A stretch of DNA of 64,000 nucleotides from Candidatus Krumholzibacteriia bacterium (lineage in GTDB: Bacteria > Krumholzibacteriota > Krumholzibacteriia > Krumholzibacteriales > Krumholzibacteriaceae): NCBI GenBank assembly GCA_963836185.1, contig CAWIIQ010000003.1, forward strand, positions 64,001 through 128,000, read 5' to 3'. Both the position numbers and the translations under genes were made by a program. The notes beneath the pieces are model-generated. The model ran no database searches. It saw only the letters and a list, made by a program, of their open reading frames with translations, and was not told where the DNA came from. Positions 45,733-55,506 of this stretch are shown here, in pieces (the first letter of the stretch is position 1; each line of letters opens with the position of its first letter).

Positions 45733-46638
45733 TCAGCCCATCCTGCTTCTCTTGCCGAGATAACTCACGAGCGCCTCGTCGAACGGCGTCGCCGTAGTGA
45801 CGAGATTATAATCTATCGCGTTTTCCACGCACCTCTTCTCGAGGTACGAGGTCCAGTCGCCGACGCTGCGCCGGTATTCTTTCCTGACGAACCACGGCTG
45901 TGCCCGCAGCTTCTCACCCGTCTCCCTGTCGACGAACGTCACCTCTCCCCCGTAATCGAGAGAAAGCTCGAGAGGGTCGAGCAGGTGGAAGACGACGAGC
46001 TCGTGGCCCCTGTGCCTGAAATGCTTGAGCCCGCTTATCACTTCCTCCGGATCGTCGATCAGGTCGCTGACCAGCACGACCAGTCCGCGCCTGTGTATCC
46101 GTTCCGCCATGTCGTGAAGGGCCCTGCTGATCCCGGTCATCCCTCCCGGCGTGACATTCTCGAGCGCCTGAAGCAGGCGGAAGAGGTGCCTCCTGGCCGA
46201 CCTGTGCGGGACGATCTCACCGAGCCTGTCGTCGAAGAGGGCGAGTCCTGCAGCATCGCGCTGCTTTATCATAAGGTAGGAGAGCGCCGCGCAGAGCATG
46301 GCTCCGTACCGGAGCTTCGTCACTCCTCCTCCCGAGAAATCCATCGAGGCGCTCCGGTCGAGCAGCAGGGTCCCGCGCAGATTCGTCTCGTCTTCGAATA
46401 CCTTGAGATAGTAGCGGTCCGTCTTGGCGTAGATCTTCCAGTCGATATTCTTCGTCGACTCGCCCGCGTTGTACTGCCTGTACTCGGCGAACTCGACGGA
46501 GAATCCGTGATATGGCGACCTGTGGAGGCCCGCTATGAATCCTTCGACGATCAGTCTCGCGCGAATCTCCATGTTCGCCAGGCGGCTGACAGTCTCCGGG
46601 CGCAGGAACTCCCCCGCGTTGTCTTTTTCCGGGGACAT
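45733..46638 (-). CDS. DUF58 domain protein
   Basis: GLHRSPYHGFSVEFAEYRQY, IDWK, DRSASM, LVSD. Confidence 0.92.
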   Translation of the reverse strand: MSPEKDNAGEFLRPETVSRLANMEIRARLIVEGFIAGLHRSPYHGFSVEFAEYRQYNAGESTKNIDWKIYAKTDRYYLKVFEDETNLRGTLLLDRSASMDFSGGGVTKLRYGAMLCAALSYLMIKQRDAAGLALFDDRLGEIVPHRSARRHLFRLLQALENVTPGGMTGISRALHDMAERIHRRGLVVLVSDLIDDPEEVISGLKHFRHRGHELVVFHLLDPLELSLDYGGEVTFVDRETGEKLRAQPWFVRKEYRRSVGDWTSYLEKRCVENAIDYNLVTTATPFDEALVSYLGKRSRMG

Positions 46639-46660
46639 AGATGTCTTTCCCCGCGCCGGG

Positions 46661-47645
46661 TCACGGCGCGACGGTATCGAGCAGTCTCCTCACCAGTTCG
46701 TCAGTAGTGACGCCGTCCGCTTCGGCGTGGAAGTTCGTCACGAGCCGGTGCCTCAGGACGGGGTACGCGACTGCCCGCACATCCTCGATGTCGGGCGTCG
46801 TCCTGGACTGCATCACAGCTCTCGCCTTGGCGCCGAGGACGAGGTACTGACCCGCTCTCGGGCCGGCTCCCCACGACAGGTACTCGCCGACACCTTCGAT
46901 GGCGCCTTCGCGGCTCGCCCTCGCCAGCCGCACCGCGTAGGCAAGGACATTCTCCGAGACGGGCACCTTCCTGACCAGGGACTGTATCTCCACTATCTCT
47001 TCTCCCGAGAGGACCTGGCTCGACGGCGGCTCTTTCGACCGACGTCGTCGTATCGACGATCCTCAGCTCCTCGCTCTCCTCGGGATAATCTACAAGGATG
47101 TTGAACATGAACCTGTCGAGCTGCGCTTCGGGCAGAGGATAAGTTCCCTCGAGCTCGATAGGGTTCTGTGTCGCCAGCACGAAGAACGGCGCCTCGAGCG
47201 GATGGGTCTCTCCGCCGACGGTGACGTTCCTCTCCTGCATCGCCTGGAGCAGGGCCGCCTGCGTCTTCGGCGGCGTCCTGTTTATCTCGTCCGCCAGGAC
47301 CACGTTCGCGAACACGGGCCCCTTGATGAACCGGAAGACCCGCCTGCTCGAGCCCGCTTCCTCCTCGAGCACCTCTGTTCCCATGATGTCGCTGGGCATC
47401 AGGTCGGGAGTAAACTGTATCCTCGAGAATTTCAGCCCGAGACAGGAAGCGACCGTCGATATCATCAACGTCTTCGCCAGTCCGGGCACTCCCACGAGAA
47501 GGCAGTGGCCCCCGGCAAAGAGTGCCGAGAAGAGCTCGTCGAGAACCCGCTCCTGACCGACTATCACCTTCGCCGTTTCCGCGCGAAGATCCGAATACGC
47601 TTCCCCGAACTTTTCGAGCAGCCGCCCGTCATCGATGTTGCTCAT
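46661..47645 (-). CDS. moxR: MoxR family AAA+ ATPase (frameshift near 47020)
   Basis: [58 protein letters not shown]. Confidence 0.92.
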
Positions 47646-47652
47646 ACGCTGA

Positions 47653-49533
47653 TCAATCCCCGTCCTTGAGGTGTCTGTCGAGGAAGAGTCTAATCGCCCT
47701 GTATCCCTCGATCTGGTTTTCCTTTTTCATAAATCCGTGGCCCTCGTCCTCGAAGACCAGATACTCTACCTCGACGCCGTTCTTCTTGGCCGCCTCGACT
47801 ATCTCGTCCGACTCTACCTTCAGGACCCTCGGATCGTTCGCGCCCTGCAGTACCATCAGCGGCCTTACGATTTTGTCCGCGTGGAAGAGAGGGGAGATCT
47901 TGACCAGGTACTCGCGGTCCCTCGCCGGATCGCCCATCTCCCGGTAAAGCGCCTTCCGGTAATACTCCCACCATGACGGTATGCTCTCGAGCGTGCGCAC
48001 CCAGTTCGAGATTCCGAAAATGTCGACACCCGCGGCGAACTCCTCGGGCGCGAATGTCAGGGCCGCCAGGGTGATATATCCGCCGTAGCTTCCGCCGGCG
48101 ATGGCGATCTTTTCGGGGTCGACTGATCCGCCTGCCGCCAGCCATTTCTTTCCCTCTATGCAGTCTCGCAGATCGTCTTCGCCGTGCCTCATATCGTCGA
48201 GGCTGTAGAATCTCTTTCCGTACCCCCGGCTGCCCCTGTTGTTGACCGCCAGCACGGCGTACCCGTTATTGACAAGGTACTGGAGGAAAGAACTGTAGCC
48301 GACGCGCGACTGCCCTCCCGGCCCTCCGTGCACCCAGACCACTCCCGGGACCTTCCTGCCGCTGCCGTCCTTGTGCGGTCTGTAGTAGATCGCCGGTATC
48401 TCGAGGCCGTCGAAAGACTCGAACCTGACGACCTCCGCATCGACGAGGTCCTCCGGGTCGATCTCCGGGTTGAGCGTATCTGTCAGCCTGCTGTAACTGC
48501 CGCTGCCGAAATCGTAGATGTACAGGTTGTTTGGCGAACGTGATCCGTTGACGTAGAACCTCATCAGCTTCTCGCTTCTCGAGATCTCTACGGCAGTGAT
48601 CACTCCCCCGGGGAGCTCGGGAAGGTCGACCGGAGAGCCCGTCTCCATGTCAAAGACCCTGATCTCCGTCCTCGCGTCGTTGTTGATCGCGGTTACCCTG
48701 TACCGCCCCGAATGGGAGAAGTACGCGTAGCTGATATCCCAGTCGGCAGTCTCGACCGTCTCGCTTCCACCGCCGGCGATGTCGTACCTGCGCAGGTATG
48801 TGAACTCGGCGCCCTCGTCGGTGAGGTAGTAGAGATAGCGTGAGTCGCTGCTGAAATCCATCGGCGAGAAATTGACATCTCCATCGTGCGGAGTGATGTG
48901 CCTGACCTCTCCCGCCTTGCGGTCGTAGAGGAACATGTCGGAATCGTGAGTCGTGTTCGTCTTCGACATCGCCAGGTATCTCATGTCGTTCGACATCCAC
49001 CCGAAGCTGTAACCGGCATCATTGAGATAGATCATCTTCGACCTCATCTCCCTGATGTCCATCAGGTAGACGTCCATGAATTTCGAGTCCCGCCTGTTGG
49101 AACCGAAGAGGAACGCTGTCATGTCATGCGTCCATCCGTAGAACACGGCGCGCGCGTCGGTGTACGGCGTCAGGTCGGTGACTGTCCCGTCAGTATCGTA
49201 GAGGAAGATATGATAGAGTTCGTTCCCCTCGTGGTCAGCCAGACAGAGGAACCTGTCGTCCCCGGGAAAATACGAGAGGGCGAAGACGGAGTTGTCTTCC
49301 GAGAAGGTAAGCTGGTCCATCTCCCCGCCCGCCACGGGGATCGACCAGGCGTTTCTTATCCCGGTCCTGTCGGTAGTAGTGAGCAGTTTTGTCTCGTCAT
49401 GTGAAAATGATCCGCCCGAGACTGTGAGCGTGTTCATGAACTGTTCGATGGTATATCGCTTCGGCCCTTCCCCGGAACACCCGGAGAGAGCCTGCAGTGC
49501 GACCAGAAAGATAACAAGGGCGGTGCGTCTCAT
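47653..49533 (-). CDS. S9 family serine peptidase (lipoprotein)
   Basis: LSGC lipobox; beta-propeller repeats; HGGP, GGSYGG nucleophile, GANDPRV, EGHG. Confidence 0.92.
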   Translation of the reverse strand: MRRTALVIFLVALQALSGCSGEGPKRYTIEQFMNTLTVSGGSFSHDETKLLTTTDRTGIRNAWSIPVAGGEMDQLTFSEDNSVFALSYFPGDDRFLCLADHEGNELYHIFLYDTDGTVTDLTPYTDARAVFYGWTHDMTAFLFGSNRRDSKFMDVYLMDIREMRSKMIYLNDAGYSFGWMSNDMRYLAMSKTNTTHDSDMFLYDRKAGEVRHITPHDGDVNFSPMDFSSDSRYLYYLTDEGAEFTYLRRYDIAGGGSETVETADWDISYAYFSHSGRYRVTAINNDARTEIRVFDMETGSPVDLPELPGGVITAVEISRSEKLMRFYVNGSRSPNNLYIYDFGSGSYSRLTDTLNPEIDPEDLVDAEVVRFESFDGLEIPAIYYRPHKDGSGRKVPGVVWVHGGPGGQSRVGYSSFLQYLVNNGYAVLAVNNRGSRGYGKRFYSLDDMRHGEDDLRDCIEGKKWLAAGGSVDPEKIAIAGGSYGGYITLAALTFAPEEFAAGVDIFGISNWVRTLESIPSWWEYYRKALYREMGDPARDREYLVKISPLFHADKIVRPLMVLQGANDPRVLKVESDEIVEAAKKNGVEVEYLVFEDEGHGFMKKENQIEGYRAIRLFLDRHLKDGD

Positions 49534-49886
49534 CTTCCCTCCTTCAGACGGCCTTGGCCGCCGACAATGAATGGCTCCGCCCGGACGGTGCCAGATCGAG
49601 TGAACATTATCCATCTATGGTCAGTATTACTTTATACGGTAAAAACGATATAGGTTCCATTGTTTTTCAGCCTTTGCGGGCTCCAGCCCGTCATCCGGCA
49701 GGAGAAGACGAGGCTCTCGCAGAACCCTTGCTGTCACAATGGCAGTTGCGCCCCTGTCAGCAGGTCTATTCTGGCAGGCTTCTGTCATGTCCGGGGTTTG
49801 AAATCGATTCTGCGCGTATCGAAAAGCCGGGTGTGCGCTTTGATAACTTCTTGTCATAATACATGTTATGTGGTGGCAGGCAGTTC

Positions 49887-49901
49887 TGGCATACAAGATG
49901 C
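49887..49901 (+). promoter_or_regulatory. Putative sigma54 (-24/-12) promoter of the Hsp20 gene
   Basis: TGGCATACAAGATGC fits GG-N10-GC, about 65 nt upstream of the start codon. Confidence 0.55.
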
Positions 49902-49964
49902 GTATCAGGTAAGCAGAAAATGGACACGGACATCAGATCCGGACACAAAACAGGAGGTATCGAA

Positions 49965-50411
49965 ATGAGACTGGTAAGATGGAATCCCGGGACAAGACTC
50001 CCCATGCATCACGATCACGCCGAGAGGATGTTCGACGATTTCTTCGGGCTGAACCGGCGCAAGATGGATCTCCAGAATTTCGACTGGACCCCGAGGGTCA
50101 ACGTCGAGGAGAAGGAGGGCGGGTTCGAGATAACCGCGGAAGTCCCCGGCATGAAGAAGGAAGAGATCGATATCGAGGTCCAGGACAACGTCCTGACGAT
50201 CAAGGGCGAGAGAAAATTCGAAAAGGAAGAAACGGACAGGAACTATCACATCTGTGAGAGAAGCTACGGCACCTTCCAGAGAGCTTTCACCCTCCCCGAG
50301 AATGTGAAGACCGATGATATCGAGGCGGAGTACAAGGACGGTGTGCTGAGGCTTGTCCTTCCAAAGGTCGAGCCGCAGAAGCCGAAAGAGATCAAGGTCG
50401 AAGTAAAGTAA
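49965..50411 (+). CDS. Hsp20/alpha-crystallin small heat shock protein
   Basis: GGAGG RBS; PRVNVEE, EVPG, LTIKGER, ERSYGTFQRAFTLP, AEYKDGVL. Confidence 0.95.
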   Translation: MRLVRWNPGTRLPMHHDHAERMFDDFFGLNRRKMDLQNFDWTPRVNVEEKEGGFEITAEVPGMKKEEIDIEVQDNVLTIKGERKFEKEETDRNYHICERSYGTFQRAFTLPENVKTDDIEAEYKDGVLRLVLPKVEPQKPKEIKVEVK

Positions 50412-50434
50412 ACGCGGGCCACTCCCAGAGACGT

Positions 50435-50465
50435 AAAAGGGGGCGCACAAAGCGCCCCCTTTTTT
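50435..50465. terminator. Bidirectional intrinsic terminator
   Basis: AAAAGGGGGCGC-acaa-AGCGCCCCCTTTTTT between convergent genes. Confidence 0.8.
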
Positions 50466-50548
50466 GATATATATTCCCGCATCGCCGGGCGGATCGTACT
50501 CTGCCCGCTTTCAGAACGGAACGGTTTCCTTTTCCCGCGCCTCTTACC

Positions 50549-50988
50549 CTACTTGTTCCAGGCGCCTGTCTTTTCCTTCTCTTCCTTCTTGACCTCGGGC
50601 TGAGCGGGCGTGGAAGCCATGGGCTTTCCATCCGGACTCATCTTGCACGAACCCTCGAAGAACACACCCTCGTCGATGACGAGCCTTCTCGTCTTGATGT
50701 CTCCCTCGAGGCGCGATCCGGCCTGAAGCTCGATCTTCTCTTTGGCGTCGATGTTGCCATTGACCGTTCCGCCTACTACCGCGTTCGAGACCTTGATATC
50801 GGCCTTGACTTTTCCGCCCTTGCCGATCACCAGAGTGCCGCCGGGGCAGTTGACGTTCCCCTCAAAATCACCATCGATCCTGAGGGTCCCGTCCTCGACG
50901 TCTATCGTCCCGTTTACCTTGCATCCCTTGCCGATAATCGAATTCATCTTTCCTTCGTCAGCCATGCGTTCACCTTCTTTCCCGAACA
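50549..50988 (-). CDS. Bactofilin (polymer-forming cytoskeletal protein)
   Basis: SIIGKG..VNGTI..LRIDG.FEG; LVIG..G.V.ADI; LVIDEGVFFEGSCKM. Confidence 0.9.
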
Positions 50989-51031
50989 TTGCGGGCCCCT
51001 TCTTCGTTGTCTTTTTCATCGCAATCCGTTC

Positions 51032-51811
51032 CTATTTCAACAGGTATTTCAACGGATCTACATTAACGTTGTCCTGTATCACCTCGAAGTGCAGGTGAGG
51101 CGCCGTGCTTCTCCCGGTATTGCCGGAATATGCGATCGTCTGCCCCCTGCCGACTCTCTCGCCCCTCATTACTACCAGTCTGTCGTTGTGCCCGTAAAGG
51201 GTTTTTATGCCATAGCCGTGATCGATCCGCACGTAATACCCGTACGTATCATCCCAGGATGCCTCGGCGATATACCCCGAAGCGGCCGACCGCACCGGTG
51301 TTCCCCTGTCTACGCCTATATCGATGCCGGGGTGGTAATCCGCGTCGCCCGGGCCTCCCGCAACGTTATACGACCTGGTTATATATCCGCGAACAGGCCA
51401 GAAGCTGGGAATCGATCGCAGCATCTGCTCCTTTCCGCTCAGCACCTCCCTCTCTGTCAGCCCGTCTGTTTCCTGTGCCCTTTTCAGGGCAAGGCTGTCC
51501 TCTTCAGCGATGTCGACGCCGAGCATCCCCCTGACCTTAAGGTCCATCGCGTGGAGCTCTGAAAGGTTGCGCATCACCTCGCTGATCTGCTCGTTTCTCT
51601 TCGTCAGCTCTTCGACCTGTCCGGCCAGCATGACCGATTCCCTCGCTTTCAGCAGGAGCCTGCCGTATGTGGCGACGAAGAGGACCATCGCCACGAGCCC
51701 GATGCACACGAAGGTGACCAGCACGTAGAAAAGCCTGTAAGGGATCTTGTAGTTCCGCGTCTTCTGCGGATCGTGCGGAACGACGATGACTGTAAAGGTG
51801 TCCTTCTCCAT
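51032..51811 (-). CDS. M23 family metallopeptidase with N-terminal TM segment and coiled coil
   Basis: HPGID (HxxxD), TLYGH, PHLHFEV (HxH). Confidence 0.9.
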   Translation of the reverse strand: MEKDTFTVIVVPHDPQKTRNYKIPYRLFYVLVTFVCIGLVAMVLFVATYGRLLLKARESVMLAGQVEELTKRNEQISEVMRNLSELHAMDLKVRGMLGVDIAEEDSLALKRAQETDGLTEREVLSGKEQMLRSIPSFWPVRGYITRSYNVAGGPGDADYHPGIDIGVDRGTPVRSAASGYIAEASWDDTYGYYVRIDHGYGIKTLYGHNDRLVVMRGERVGRGQTIAYSGNTGRSTAPHLHFEVIQDNVNVDPLKYLLK

Positions 51812-51827
51812 TCCCGTCGACGGAGCC

Positions 51828-52679
51828 TTACATCTCCGTATCCACCCCCATCTTCTCCAGTATCCCTTCCAGCTCTTCGGTCGAATAGTAATCTATCGTT
51901 ATCACGCCGCCCTTGCGCCTCGGCGTGATCCTGACCCTTGTCCCGAATCTCAGCTCAGCCCTCTCCTCGACGGCCGCAAGCTGAGGATCTGCCTGCCTGC
52001 GCTTTTTCTTCTTCGCCTTCTTCGCAGGCGCGGCCTCCTCGATCTCCCGTACGGTGAATCCCTGCGACACGGCCCTCTCCGCCCACTCGACCTGTGCTGC
52101 CTCGCCCTCGACCGAGAGTATCGCCCTCGCGTGCCCAGCGGTCAGCTTTCCCTGTTCTAGAAGCTCTATCACCCGCGCCGGAAGATTCAGAAGCCTGAGG
52201 GTATTGGCTACCGTGCTCCTGTCCTTGCCCAGCATCCCGGCGACTTCCTTAACGGTGAGTTCGAACTCATCCCTCAACGCGGCGTATCCCCTCGCCTCCT
52301 CGACGGGCGTAAGGTCCTCGCGCTGGAGATTCTCCAGGAGTGCGAATTTCAGTGAATCGTCATCGTCGATATCACGGACTATGGCGGGTATCGTCGTCCT
52401 GCCGGCGAGTCTCGAAGCGCGGAACCTTCTCTCTCCGACAACGAGCTGATACCTGTCCCCTGCCCTCCGGACGACGACCGGCTGCAGCACCCCGTGTCTC
52501 TTTATCGATTCGGCGAGCTCTCCGAGATGCTCGTCGCTGAAATGTTCCCTCGGCTGGTGGGGATTGGCGTCGATGTCGCCGAGGTCGAGCTCCTTGATCC
52601 TCTCGGTCTCCGAGACGCTCTCCTTCAGGTCGGCGGAAAGAAGGGCCTCCAGCCCCCTGCCCAGGGCTTCCTTCTTCAT
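51828..52679 (-). CDS. parB: Chromosome partitioning protein ParB/Spo0J
   Basis: ALGRGL, NPHQPR, GERRFRA, ENLQREDL, HTH with RSTVANTLRLL. Confidence 0.95.
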   Translation of the reverse strand: MKKEALGRGLEALLSADLKESVSETERIKELDLGDIDANPHQPREHFSDEHLGELAESIKRHGVLQPVVVRRAGDRYQLVVGERRFRASRLAGRTTIPAIVRDIDDDDSLKFALLENLQREDLTPVEEARGYAALRDEFELTVKEVAGMLGKDRSTVANTLRLLNLPARVIELLEQGKLTAGHARAILSVEGEAAQVEWAERAVSQGFTVREIEEAAPAKKAKKKKRRQADPQLAAVEERAELRFGTRVRITPRRKGGVITIDYYSTEELEGILEKMGVDTEM

Positions 52680-52680
52680 A

Positions 52681-53509
52681 TCAGATCCCTCCCCCCGCTA
52701 TTGCTTCCTTTCGCGGACGGCCGCGCCGGGAACGTTTCTCCTCGTGATGCGTATCCTGCTTTTCTATTACTTCGAGAGCGAGCTTCAGATAGCTCTTCGC
52801 CCCCTTGCTCTGAACATCGTAGAGGATCACCGGCTTGCCGAAACTGGGACATTCGCTCAGCCGGACGTTCCTCGGTATTATGTTGTCATATACCTTTTCA
52901 CCGAAGTACGAGATCGCCTCGTCCGCGACCTGGCTCGCCAGCCTCAGGCGCTTGTCGAACATCGTCAGCAGAACACCCTCGATCCGCAGGTCGGGATTTA
53001 GGTGCTTCTGCACCATCCTTATCGTCCCGAGCAAGCTGGCTGAGCCCCTCGAGCGCATAGTATTCACATTGTATCGGTATGAGGATCGAGTCCGCGGCGG
53101 TCAGGGTGTTCAGCGTGATCAGCCCGAGACTTGGCGGACAGTCGATGATGATGAAATCGTAGTCGTCGGTCAGGCCGGAGAGAGCCGTCTTTAGCTTGTG
53201 CTCTCTCGCTATCTGCGAGACCAGCTCGATCTCCGCGCCGCTCAGTTTCGGATGGGAGGGAAGGAGGTCTATCAGACCGGCGCTCCTTATTATATCTTTC
53301 GCCTTCGCCTCACCGATAAGGACCTCGTAGATCGTGTCCTCTTCCCCGGGAAGCCTCACCCCGAGCCCGCTGCTCGCGTTGGCCTGGGGGTCGGCGTCGA
53401 CAAGAAGGACCTTCTTTTCGGCCACGCCGAGGCTCGCGCTGAGATTGACCGCCGTCGTCGTCTTTCCGACGCCGCCCTTCTGGTTGGCAATCGCTATGAC
53501 CTTTCCCAT
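52681..53509 (-). CDS. parA: ParA/Soj ATPase (frameshift near 53035)
   Basis: [45 protein letters not shown]. Confidence 0.95.
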
Positions 53510-53534
53510 TCCTCCGCCCTTCTTTTCCTGTCCG

Positions 53535-54752
53535 TCAGTCGCCCAGGGGCTCCGCGGACAGCCATCCTGAATAATCTACCGCGCCGTTGGCGCCTTGTCT
53601 TATGATCTGCGGCGGGATCTGCAGGGGATCGTTCGTTCCCCAGTAGTTCCCCGTCATGTCTACAGGATCCGTGTTCGAGTATGAGTCAATAAACATGACT
53701 GTCCGCAGGACCATCTGCCCGCCTATTTCCGGTCCGTTATTGAAAAGCGAGCAGCCATTCACCACGGGACTGGCGCTTCCCGCCAGGACAAACCCGTACT
53801 GGCCGTTGTTCGCGACGACGCAGCCCGTCACTTCGATCGCGGTGGATCCACTTGCCATCATGGAGATCCCGTAGTTACCATTAAATCTAATTGATGAATC
53901 GCTGACGAGCAGCGTCGCATACGATACATATATTCCCGAGCCGTTATCCCATATCCTGGATTCCGATAACGTCATATCGGCGCCGTTTTCGACGGATATC
54001 CCCTCGCCGCTCGTCTGGTCCACGATGATATTGTCCGCCACGACAACGCAGTCATCCTCAGCATCTAATCCATCTGTCGAAGAGGCTATTGTAAGATAGT
54101 TCAGGTTGCCTGACGCAAAAGATCCCCTGAACTTTACACCCTTCCATACCTTGTCCTCGCCGGGACACTTGTTCGGTATGAAGAGGACCCTGTCCTGCTC
54201 GGTGCCGTTGACTATCAACCCGCCGGCAACATCGAGTCCGCCGCCGGTACTGTTGAAGACGACCGTCACGCCCGCTTCCAGCGTGACCGTGATCAGATTG
54301 CCTATATTCAGCGGAAGCGCGTTCGGCACTATATAAGGATAATCTGTTTCATCGAGCACTCCACCCGAGATGAAGATGTCCAGCGTTCGGCCGACATCGA
54401 GGTCGATCCCCTTCGACGAATCATCGAGCCCGTCGGTGGCCCTGAGCGTGACCCTGTAAGTGCCGTGGCTGCCCGGCGCCTGCCAGGTCACGGCCTGGCC
54501 CTTGCCGTCGGAGGGAGTGAGAGTCCCCTCTTCGGCGTACCAGCTGTAACTGACCGAGTCGCCGTCCGCGTCAACAGCCTCCCCCATCAGAACGACCGAA
54601 TCGTTCGGCCCGAGGTAGCATATGTTTTTGGTGATCGTCAGGTCGCCGGGCGGAGTGTTCGCGAATTCGATCGAGTCATCACACCCCGGAACGGACGCAA
54701 CGATTGTGGAAAAGAACAGTAACACTATGGTAGCGCTGAATTTAGTGCGCAT
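53535..54752 (-). CDS. Exported (lipo)protein with Ig/PKD-like domain and right-handed beta-helix repeats
   Basis: Signal peptide with VPGC; DADGD, WQAP..G.Y Ig-like motifs; repeated I..N...GI pattern; GNYWG. Confidence 0.7.
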   Translation of the reverse strand: MRTKFSATIVLLFFSTIVASVPGCDDSIEFANTPPGDLTITKNICYLGPNDSVVLMGEAVDADGDSVSYSWYAEEGTLTPSDGKGQAVTWQAPGSHGTYRVTLRATDGLDDSSKGIDLDVGRTLDIFISGGVLDETDYPYIVPNALPLNIGNLITVTLEAGVTVVFNSTGGGLDVAGGLIVNGTEQDRVLFIPNKCPGEDKVWKGVKFRGSFASGNLNYLTIASSTDGLDAEDDCVVVADNIIVDQTSGEGISVENGADMTLSESRIWDNGSGIYVSYATLLVSDSSIRFNGNYGISMMASGSTAIEVTGCVVANNGQYGFVLAGSASPVVNGCSLFNNGPEIGGQMVLRTVMFIDSYSNTDPVDMTGNYWGTNDPLQIPPQIIRQGANGAVDYSGWLSAEPLGD

Positions 54753-54788
54753 TGTCGCCTCCTGGAGTAACTTGGTGGGGCTTGCGGC

Positions 54789-54817
54789 ATTATATTAATC
54801 GCCGGTGGCTAAAGCAA
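54789..54817 (-). promoter_or_regulatory. Sigma70 promoter upstream of the lipoprotein-parA-parB unit
   Basis: TTGCTT, 17 nt, TATAAT. Confidence 0.65.
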
Positions 54818-54847
54818 TGAAAAAATCGGGGTTTTTCGGGGAATTAT

Positions 54848-54863
54848 TGTTTCACGTGAAACA
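54848..54863. other. parS: parS centromere site 1
   Basis: Perfect palindrome TGTTTCACGTGAAACA matching the bacterial parS consensus. Confidence 0.92.
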
Positions 54864-54871
54864 GCGGCGCG

Positions 54872-54887
54872 TGTTTCACGTGAAACG
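54872..54887. other. parS: parS centromere site 2
   Basis: TGTTTCACGTGAAACG, one mismatch to consensus. Confidence 0.9.
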
Positions 54888-54894
54888 TTCAGGT

Positions 54895-55506
54895 TCATCG
54901 GCCGAAGATCAGCGAGACCGCCTCGCCCCTGCCGCCCCCCAGCGGAGCCCTTCTTCCCGGCGAAAATCCCGTCGCCCCATCCATCTCCCTCTCCCACCCC
55001 TCTCCCTTTGCCGTAACGTAGATCCCTCCCTTTTTCAGCATTCCTGCCGCTATCGGAAGTATCTCGTCGAGCCGGCCTGCCGCTTTCGAGGTCACTACAT
55101 CGAAGGGGCCCCCTTCCGTCTCCGGCGTCGCCTCTTCGGCTCTCACCGCTATCCCCTCAAGGCCCAGCAGGGCCACCGTTCTCTCGAGGAACGAGGCGAG
55201 CCGTTCTTTTCTCTCGAACAGGGCCAACTCCAGGCCCGGGTTCGCCAGTTTCCATACGATTCCGGGGAATCCGGCGCCGGCGCCGATATCCGCGACAAAG
55301 GGGCCACCTCCTGCCAGCTCCAGCATTATCATCGAATCGGAGATCTGCGCGGCGATCACGTCGGCCATCCTCTCCCTGCCTGTCAGGTGCATACGGCCTC
55401 CCCACCTCACCAGCTCGGCGACATACTCCCTCGACTTCTCGGGAGGTTCCGCTCCCCCGAGCTCCACAAGCACCTTTTCCCATGTCTCGGCCAATTTATC
55501 CTTCAT
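54895..55506 (-). CDS. rsmG: 16S rRNA m7G527 methyltransferase (GidB)
   Basis: DIGAGAGFPG, RAEE, FDVVTSKA; located after mnmG. Confidence 0.9.
   Translation of the reverse strand: MKDKLAETWEKVLVELGGAEPPEKSREYVAELVRWGGRMHLTGRERMADVIAAQISDSMIMLELAGGGPFVADIGAGAGFPGIVWKLANPGLELALFERKERLASFLERTVALLGLEGIAVRAEEATPETEGGPFDVVTSKAAGRLDEILPIAAGMLKKGGIYVTAKGEGWEREMDGATGFSPGRRAPLGGGRGEAVSLIFGR

Noticed and set aside
43679-47645. MoxR-DUF58-BatA/vWA cluster as a novel system
   Set aside because: A widespread, already described gene triad.
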